Assembly (NCBI GenBank): GCA_000934665.2 | Contig: JYFJ02000741.1 | Span: 124,001-144,884 of the forward strand | DNA from: Catajapyx aquilonaris | Taxonomy: Eukaryota | Reading direction: 5' to 3' | Length of the DNA: 20,884 bases | In this document: one piece after another, positions 12,570 to 20,884 of the stretch | How positions within the stretch are numbered: position 1 is the first letter of the stretch | Layout of the letters: the number at the start of each line of letters is the position of its first letter | Notes under the pieces: generated by a model | Told to the model about the DNA's origin: nothing | Seen by the model: the letters and a program-made list of their open reading frames with translations, nothing else | Database searches by the model: none | Made by a program: the position numbers and the translations under genes

Positions 12570-15500
12570 CCTCTTTGTGAAATGAATCCATATTTGCTCC
12601 GGTTCTGCTGCGCAGTGAGAAAGGTTCATTAGATCCGTTACACAACCCTTGACTTATGTGACTACTGCTGAGTGCGGAACATCCTATAGGACTCATGACA
12701 TATGCAGAGAACTGTCCAAATATCAGGTTCAAGAGGTAAGGAGAAGAAAATGTGCAAAAAGGACGCTAGATGTGAAACTGAGATATTCATGAAGAACTGT
12801 TGGCTTTCTGTCTTGTCAACGCAGAGACACCGTTTACTTAAAAATTATTAAAAGGAAAGATATGTGAAGCATGTCAAGGATATGCCTCATGTTGCAAAAA
12901 AATATCACAGTAATAATGTAAATATGTACATGAGCTGGAGCTTCATAATATGATTTCGGAACACGTTTCCTTTACTTACATGCATGTATGAGTTATTTGT
13001 ATAAAAATTGAGCATTTTTGCAAAAAAGGTCAGATCACCAAGACTACAATCGACATCCTACGAGCACACTGTAACAAGTCTATCGTGGGTTTTTGCCTTG
13101 TACATACACGGCAGTCCAGTGTAAAAGTACTGGTAACGAGATCTCCCCCACCCCCCTCACACAGTACCCTTGACAGACAAAGGGTTTCCATTGTTTATGC
13201 AATCATAGGCTTTGTTAACAATTTCCCGAGGACATGTATAAAAGAAGCCCTTTGTGGTTTCAAGTTAATGTCAAAAGCCAGCGCCAACGAGGGTAAATAG
13301 ACTCGCTATAACACGAAACAACTGGCTCGTAAAAGTAAGGGAACGAGCTGCAGATAACAAACACCCGAAAAAAGCGCCATCGACACACGAGATATCAAAA
13401 GGGCCCCCCTCCTGCTATAATATTATCACCTGGCTCGTTATCAAGACCGTTTTAAAGGCGATTGTTGGGATACGCTAATCGGCCGGATTGTCCCATCCGG
13501 GGGCTTCCAAAATTTCTGGCCGTCACTTGGGATCTAACTCGTGATGTCACATGTCATCTAACATGGGTTTAATCAAGGGAAAGAATTGAAAGGTGGTTGG
13601 TATTGTTCTGGATCCTGTATTGTTCAGGGTGAATAGTTTCGCCCATTTTGATTGTAACATGTTGGTAAAAGAGATTTTAATGGGAAATTTCAGTGTGAGT
13701 TGAATGAGTGGCATGAAATGGCTTTATTTCGGATGTAAATGTGTAAATGGACGCGGGAATTTGATGAATGGGGATGAAACACTGTTCAATAATTACGTTA
13801 CACACGGTACCGCAGACTGTGGTCATGCTTGAGACTATTCGCGTTCGTGTACAAGTCGCTTCTGTGTACAGCCTGGCGAAACTTTGGCAACAAAAATTCC
13901 TAAATTTAATGCCGTTAAGAGCCTCCAGTTCCGTTTAATATGTTGAAAGGCGCCGTGATAAGATTTATGCTTGCAACCTCCGTTCAAAGGGTGGGGACTT
14001 CGTTTAAAGTTAAGCATAGAGGAAATTATAAAACTTTGACCCCTCCCCAACATGTCCTGGTCCCAACAGGTTTCCTCTGCTTACACGCCTTAGTGTTCTC
14101 TGTACCCACCTTATTAGTGCCAGGAAATTAGTCATTTAGAGCGAAAAATGCTGCAGGTAAAGAATGCAAATGCAATTTTTAAACACGTCTTCATTTCGAA
14201 GATAATTTCCTGCAAAATAATGCTGCAGTGATTACTGCTCGTTAAACACAAAAAATCATAACTGTTGACCACATATTGAATCCAAACCCTTTCCTCTTGC
14301 AGCACAGGCTTGTCAACAGCCCCAAAAATACCGCCAACAATACAACAAAGCCCAATTTGCGAGCAGCAAACAAGCCGGGTCCTCTCCAGACTAATTTTTT
14401 TTCCGGCTTATTTACCTCCACGTCAGCGATCCGAACTAAATATCCAGAATCGATATCCAATAGTGCCCAACTTGGGCTCTAAAGGGAGCTGCAAATAGGG
14501 TGTAAGAGAGCTCTAATATAAATTTTCTAACCCTTCGAAATAACGGATTGAATCCACCAGTTCCAAGCCCTGTAATTGGCCGGTACAATATTTCGGAAAT
14601 GAACTGAACATACGCGTAAATCTTACGTTAGTTGATAAAAGAGGTGTAACCGCCCCTGAGATGAGCATCCAGAGAATCGATCCCAGGACCTCACTTTTTT
14701 TGCCATCATCAGATGGACTCAGCGCGCTGACAAATGTGACTTTGGCCACTGGATGAGCCTTAGAGAAACGGAGGTTAACCCTAGGCCCGGTTCTTTTTCG
14801 GGGAAAGGCCAGTCCTGGGTATTAATTAAATCGGAGGAATGGGGGTGTCGGCCAGCAGTGATGCTGTATCGATTTTCGATAACACCGCCGCCTTGCTTCC
14901 TGGTTTTCCGAGTGCGTTGACATACATCCATCAGGTGATAAAAGCGTTAATCACACGTGTCCTAAATAATCCCGGATAATTGCTTTTTATATCGATTTGT
15001 TTAATTAATAGAATAATTGTTCCAGTTTCAGCTCAGCTGGGGCGGCTGATTTGTTGTCTAATTGCGGCGAAAAAGCAGGGGCGCAGCTGTGATTTTCAAT
15101 GGCGCTGGCATAGTTTTTGTGCTTTTTTAGTGTTTCATGACAACATGCGAGCCTTAGGCGATTTACCCTCTGTGTCACATCGATAACGAAATGCCAATAT
15201 TGTCACATTCAAAGCAAAAATGGGGTGTCTAATTTTACGCAAAAATGGGGAATATCAGAAGCTATTATGACGCGTCGCTGAAATATTTTTAAATTACTGT
15301 ACAGTGTTTCGCTATATTAATATATCATCGTGAAATATTCCCCAAATTGTACGGTGCTAACAGCTGATATTTAAAGAGAAAATGAGATACAATTTATGTC
15401 ACATTTGCGCTTACTTTTTGTTTACCTTATGGTATTGTGTTTTATCAACTTGCTATTAAAATATTTTCTAATTAGCAGGCCTATTTTGAATAACATCACT

Positions 15501-16010
15501 GCCTGCACTTGTCTGACATTCCTGACTTAACATTTTGTTAATTGTTTGTATATTATGTATGCAACAAATTAACTTTTAACGTGCCGTATCGTCGCACACA
15601 CTGATTCATTTTCACCCACCTAATTTTTTAGCTTCATACATTATTACCAAGCAATTGCAGAATGTCACAACCCAATTGGCTGCACTCGTTAATGACGAGA
15701 CGGGGCATTACGCTACTGTTACCAGCTCACGTACTGCATGCAGTCAATATTGACAGCCCTCATCAGAGACAAGTACACCTGACATACACATACACGCAGC
15801 CCCCATCATCCAATCGGTGCCTAATATTTCCAGTCCAATTTGACCCCGCCTGTGATTGGTCGTAGGACCAAGCACTGTTCGCTTTTAAAATTAGCACCTG
15901 CGGCGAGGATCAGTAAAGGGAAAGGAGGGTTCAGATGAAATTTCAAGCCAATCTCTCCTCGCCACTAAATACGAACCTGAGTAATTAGCGCCTAATCACC
16001 TCTACCCCCC

Positions 16011-16113
16011 TCCCCCCAACCCCTCTCCTACGAAGCAAAAGGAAAGGTGGTGTGGAATAAGGTAAGGGTATTTCCCCCCAACCCCCTTCTCTTAACTTCG
16101 GCAAAGAAAAGAG
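16011..16113. repeat. Diverged local duplication, period 62 bp
   Basis: TCCCCCCAACCCC occurs at 16011-16023 and 16073-16085. Each copy is followed by a TCTC segment and then a GCAAA(A)G(G/A)AAAG purine tract. Confidence 0.65.
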
Positions 16114-16179
16114 CAGGAGAGTTGTGATTCAATTTGCGAATCTTGTCAGGTCCCCAGTGCAATTTGGCATCGATCCAAT

Positions 16180-16213
16180 GTAACGAGGAATATTATCACG
16201 TGATACTCGTTAC
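16180..16213. repeat. 28-bp palindrome interrupted by a 6-nt insertion, centred on the E-box CACGTG
   Basis: GTAACGAG-[GAATAT]-TATCACGTGATA-CTCGTTAC. Removing GAATAT leaves a perfect 28-bp self-complementary sequence. Confidence 0.85.
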
Positions 16214-16263
16214 TCTCTGTTAGACGTGAGCTAAATGATTTCAACTACAAACGGCCATTAGCT

Positions 16264-16504
16264 CTACTGCTATTCTAAAGTAGCAGTGATAAAACGTTAC
16301 TGCTAATAACAGTAGCAGTGATTCCTACTGCTAATAAGAGTAGCAGTGGTTGCTACTGCCATTCTAAGAATTTAAGGTATCAGTTATTATAGCTGTTATG
16401 AGTAGTAGTGATTGTTACTGTGATTTTAAGTAGCAGTGATTGAAACCGCTACTCCAAAGTAGCAGTGATTTCAGCTGTTGTTGCTGTTATGAGTAGCAGT
16501 GATT
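16264..16504. repeat. Degenerate palindromic minisatellite, 8 units of about 25-37 bp
   Basis: The core AGTAGCAGTG(AT) or a close variant starts at 16279, 16311, 16339, 16376 (GGTATCAGTTA), 16401 (AGTAGTAGTGA), 16429, 16459 and 16492. In the first three units it is preceded by its reverse complement ACTGCTA (16266, 16299, 16327), with degenerate versions in later units. Confidence 0.9.
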
Positions 16505-17000
16505 AATGGCAGATTCATTATTGCTGATTTGTAGAAAGGGAAAAATTCTGAATTGGAGGTCCAGTTGTATACTTGATGAGTGTGTGCTGCGATGCTGGCA
16601 AGCCAGGTCGGTTACAGAGCGATTATGCAGCCCGGATTCCCTCGCCTCTCCCCACCCACCCACTCTCCTCTCGCCTACCCCCACCCACTCTTTTCATCCC
16701 GGGAGCACTCAAAGTAATTGAAGCTTCCCCCCATATCATTGGACTTGGGGGTTATTCGGCTAACAGCTCCTGGCCGGACGATGGGGTGGATTTAAACGGT
16801 ATTGCAGTTACGTGATTGGGTAACAGATATCTGGTCATCTTCAGAGTAAAGGAACTCGTGTAACATTAATGGCAGGAGGCCGGATCCTATTTTTGGTCGA
16901 CTGATACATTTTGACACTAGGAAATACGCAATTTTTTGGCACGTTTTTTTCCCCCACCCTCCTATAAGGTATGGATGCACCTCCCTGTTGGCACTGCGAG

Positions 17001-17370
17001 TGACACGTCACCAATCAAATGGGGAATCCTTCCCAAATTGGACGAGGCCTGGTCGGAGAGGGATGATAAAGTGGCCTCCCGCGATCCAGCGGCCGCCACG
17101 CCCGGATATTGAATCAATCTTTGGCCCTAATAAGATCCCGCCAATCCGCGAACTGGAGAGAGGCCCTCTAAAATATCTTTTCCACCAACCACCGTGTGAT
17201 CCGAAAAAAAAAATAACGGCAAAAAAAATAGCAGCGATGCAGTTCGGGCTTACGTGTAGGGATTTGGTAAGCCCCATTTTTCATCGAGGAGTTGCAAGTC
17301 CTTGAACCGGACATGTCCGGAGGCCTGGTGCATATAAACCCCGCTGGACTGTACAGCACTGTGTGCCTAG
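17001..17370 (+). promoter_or_regulatory. Candidate RNA polymerase II promoter
   Basis: A CpG-rich stretch contains CRE-like TGACACGTCA (17001), CCAAT (17011, 17141), the palindrome CCGGACATGTCCGG (17307-17320) and TATAAA (17333-17338). No downstream CDS is visible. Confidence 0.3.
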
Positions 17371-19368
17371 TGCACTTTGATGGATGACCCCGGTGTTTCG
17401 GTTGACTAGGCCCTGACCCGGAGATCCGGGGGGGTTTTGGCCCTGCAAACATCACCGAGAATAACTGGCCCAGTCCAGACGGAAGAAATTCGCCAAAAAA
17501 AATATACTGAGAGAGAGAAATCCTGGACTGGTTGCTTCTCGGAGGAAATACGCTTGGAGATAGAGGTGCTTTCGGACTCAATCGAGGGATTGTCGAGGTG
17601 GCTTAGTGTTGTCTGCGTGATGTGCTTTTATTGGTTCGGTTCAGAACAGGTCTCCCTATACAAAAATTGTTGGGAATATTTGGTAATATTTCTATCACAT
17701 TGCAATATATCTGCTTATGAGTCAAACTATGCGGAACGTATCTCTCTTTTATATCCTAGAAAATGTTGCTCGAATCGCATACCACATGTTTGGATAAAAT
17801 TCTGGCATAATTCTGCGAAAATATTCCTACCTGACTTATAAAATATAAAGTCACCGAAGTTTTATAAGCATAACAATCATCTTGCAAGCAACGAACGAAA
17901 ATCGATACGTATATTAAAAACTAGGCAATAGAATTTCATTTAAGTAATGAGGAATTGTAGCGGATGCTTCCTCCGTTATGAACTTTAATATTCGAATAAT
18001 AATCTACTTGGAAGAAAATATTCGCACCTTTCCTGCCAGTATTGACTGAAGTCTTTCGATCAAGAAAATTTGGCAATCTGTTTTTTGAAGAGGCAGTCGT
18101 GAATTTTTTTTCCGTCGGATTTGTTATGGTCTGAAAGTTTTCTTTCTTTTTAAAGAACTTGTTGAAAACTTTTTGAGTGAAGCCCGTTCGAGTTCGAACC
18201 ACGCAGGTAGACACGTAGACTGCATAAGAAAGGCAGGATATTCAGCATAGAAAAAATTTGCTCGATATTTTTGCACAGGTTTTTTCCACTTCCTAGTCCT
18301 TTTTTGCCTTTTTCCGCCATTTTTTTTCTTTGCTCTTTCGTATTTCACGGAATGAAAGTCACACAAAGGACATTCATGTTTGCTGAAAGGATCATCATGA
18401 GGTGCCAAATGTGCATGTTTCAAACCCATTTCCTCGTTTTTTCCCAGCCGCTTCCATACACCTCCAAAAAAAAGCTTACACATACTCATCATCGTTATGA
18501 AATTTTGTGGCAATTCCGCGAGTCCGGGATATGTTGACTGATCGTCCCCTCGATCTGTGCACGTTTGACCTTTTCAGGTCTGGGAAACGACTCCCATCAA
18601 CCGCAAATGGCTTGCAGTTAGTTTCGGGAAGTCGAGAGTCATCCGATAGACCCGGGTCTTTTTTGGTTCTAAGCGTATTTTATGCGCACTAAAAACTGCG
18701 GGAGGGCAGATCTCTCAATATAAATTTCCGCGTTTCCTTATTCAGCCGAGTTTATGCGCTGTAACGACTGTTAAACGCGGTGTGACATATTTTTTTCTCC
18801 AACGGTTCCAACGGTATTTTTCGGGATCTGGCCAACTCCTATGGGAGGACACATTTGGTCAATTCCGAAGATGGAGGAAACTTTGTCCTTCTTTACTAAT
18901 TGCTGTCAGATGAAAAGACTTTGCCCCGGAAGGTCTTTGCTCTCAATCCAGTAAGACGAGCCACATGAAGGAGTCGCCATCCAATTAACAATCCGATCAG
19001 ATTTGTGGACAATTCTGGTAATGCGATACTATTTGAACTATTTTGTATACCAAAAAAGTGCATACTCATAATGAGAATAGACAGTTCTCTTGGAATTTGA
19101 ACTTTCTGATCATGAGTCAGCGAACAACACTTGACATGCTTCATATCAACCTGGAGAGCAGAAAGTTATACACACTCCACCAGAGTTGTCATGTTTTCCC
19201 AACCCAAGTTCCTCCTGGACCCCCCTCTCCTCTGCATCATCTTATTCGACAATTTCTCCCAGAATTTCCTCTTGCTAGGAAGATGGTTTGCGAGCGGTAG
19301 AAATGAAGGAAAGGCAGAGTGCCTTCCGCTAGGCTACGTTCCAATTAAATCTGGTGCTGCAGTCTTCT

Positions 19369-19383
19369 CCCCCCCCCCCCCCC
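19369..19383. repeat. C15 homopolymer
   Basis: 15 consecutive C residues. Confidence 0.9.
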
Positions 19384-20624
19384 ATCATGTAGACGAACCC
19401 AACAACTTTTCTGGCAGAAAACGAGCGAAAATTGCGGCATCCAGACAGAATGCTTGCTATGTCTGACGCTTGCATTTTGTTGTAGTAGGAAGTGAAGGGG
19501 GTGCTGGGGACCCCCCTTTTTGGCTCAATTTCGGACCAGTTTCCATCCACTTTACATCTTTGCTGGTGCTGCAGTACTTTCAAGGAGGAAAAATTGTACG
19601 GCTCCGTCAGCTGGAGAGTGTTTTGTTGGGGGAAGGGGGGGGAGCGGTGACAAGAGAAGAAAAAACTGGAGGACAGACAGAGGAATTTCAAAGTTAATGT
19701 CGCTGCTGCAGACGTCTGGGAGCCATTTGTTTGCAGCTGGAAAGTTGGAAGGGGTGTGGAGCATGGGATGATATGGCCTTAGGATCATCAAGGTTTTGTA
19801 AGCGGTTTTTGGAGCAACCCCCACTTCACATGCACCTGATTTGTGATTAAGTCGACAATCACTCTCTAGCTTGAAACCTTATATTTTCTACTCCTACTTA
19901 CCTTTAAATGACATGCAGAGGTAATGAGTGTATTTAGTGTAAGAGTATGATGCGGATGAATTAGTTTAATTGGTGCAAAAATAATAAGTAATTACACTCT
20001 TACTATAGGTAGACTAAAACTACCTGGCCGTGTAATTCAAAGCCCGTGTTATTCAGCGGTTTATGATTAAGCGCGACTGAACAATGTACTATATGTAAAA
20101 CCAGCAGCACGGTTGCTAAAGTACCTGTGTGTCGCAATGCAGATGAGTGATATTCTCTTTGTCGGTTCTAATGGAAAAATGAGCAGACACGTAATTTTAC
20201 TTTAAAAAATTGAATTTGCATGCGGATCAGCAGTTAAATGACAATCCCACCGGTTTTCATTTGTAAAATTAAGGAATTCAGTACAGAGAATTTGACTCAT
20301 AAAATGTTTATACAGTGCATATCATTTATTTAACCATCGTGCTTTATGTCTCTCGTAATATTGATTAACCCGTTTTGTTGCGTTATTATTTGGCCGTAGC
20401 CAAGTACAGTAGGCCTACCATGAAAATATTGATACCTTAAAACTCTGCAATTTATGTCAACATATACACCTCGGGTTCCATCACAAAGATAACTGTTACA
20501 GTACTACAATTTATTTTACGAGTCAGCCCCCAGTGAACTTTGTACTGAGTTTGTAGACCTAGTCAAACACTGCATTACATTGTTTAATTGCTACATCCCT
20601 CGTGTAACGGGGGTTCCCCATGTA

Positions 20625-20884
20625 CAGGGTGGGTGGGAAGTAAGTAGGCACTGGGAAATGGCTGTAACTTCTATAGTTTTAATGCGAAGATAATGAAAAT
20701 AACGTGTACATACACGTCACGAAATAGGATTCCATAATTCGCGCTTCGGAGGTGTGGTCAGTGGCCGAGAGAGGCAGCACACGCATTGGAAAAAAAGATG
20801 GCCGACCGTCTGACTGTTCCGGAGCGAGCTCAGATTATTGCTGCATGTATGAGGTGTGGGATTCGGTGATTGCTGTGCAGAGAT
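20625..20884 (+). mobile_element. Left end of a Tc1/mariner-superfamily DNA transposon (truncated by the window edge)
   Basis: TA at 20623-20624 (typical Tc1/mariner target site) is followed directly by CAGGGTG, a terminus characteristic of many invertebrate mariner-like elements. Next comes a TIR-like segment (GGCTGTAACTTC...ATAATGAAAAT), then a transposase-like ATG 173 bp into the element. The right TIR lies outside the window, so the pair cannot be confirmed. Confidence 0.75.
20798..20884 (+). pseudogene. Frameshifted 5' fragment of a Tc1/mariner transposase (N-terminal helix-turn-helix, DUF4817-like)
   Basis: ATG at 20798 reads MADRLTVPERAQIIAA and that frame stops at TGA 20867-20869. 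A shifted frame from 20845 reads MYEVWDSVIAVQR to the edge. Joined, this resembles the 'M..LT..ER..I...YE...SV..VQR' start of DUF4817-type transposase HTH domains (recognised from memory, not searched). Confidence 0.7.

Noticed and set aside
16264..16504. CRISPR array interpretation of the palindromic repeats
   Set aside because: The whole period is only about 30 bp, there are no unique 25-45-nt spacers, the repeats are degenerate, there are no cas genes, and the context looks eukaryotic.
18185..18200. Pol III B-box-like GGTTCGAACTC on the minus strand (also GGTTCGAGT near 8790)
   Set aside because: No A-box at a suitable distance and no cloverleaf; does not support a tRNA or SINE.
12865..19143. 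14-mer TGAAGCATGTCAAG at 12865 and inverted at 19130-19143
   Set aside because: One or two 14-mer matches are expected by chance in 21 kb across both strands, and similarity does not extend far into the flanks.
8..19824. All ORFs in the supplied six-frame track as protein-coding genes
   Set aside because: All are 137 aa or shorter, overlap on both strands, often start at non-ATG codons and show no recognisable domain, which is consistent with chance ORFs.
19896..19904. Perfect minus-strand donor AAG|GTAAGT, plus other isolated splice-like sites (+778/779, -5040, +18577, -19151)
   Set aside because: They occur on both strands and cannot be assembled into a consistent gene model from sequence alone.

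Overview
This window looks like non-coding eukaryotic (metazoan, probably invertebrate) DNA: either intergenic or inside a large intron. Evidence: no long ORFs, none of the listed six-frame ORFs resembles a known protein, CpG is not obviously depleted, and GC/CpG-richer motif-dense blocks alternate with AT-rich spacers. The only homology-based call I can make is at the right edge: the left end of a Tc1/mariner-type DNA transposon (TA + CAGGGTG terminus at 20623-20631) with a frameshifted N-terminal transposase fragment (MADRLTVPERAQIIA/MYEVWDSVIAVQR) that the ORF track misses. The most unusual structure is a palindrome-rich block at about 16180-16504: a 28-bp bulged palindrome centred on CACGTG, followed by 8 degenerate ~30-bp units built from alternating ACTGCTA/TAGCAGT arms. 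Other candidates are a cluster of seven CSL/Su(H)-type sites (611-1789), a p53-type palindrome next to a TATA-like box (17307-17338), a 126-nt + strand exon (1895-2020) and a 45-nt - strand micro-intron (12525-12569). I found no rRNA, tRNA, recognisable miRNA, CRISPR array or intact gene, and I cannot support a claim of a new multi-gene system here.
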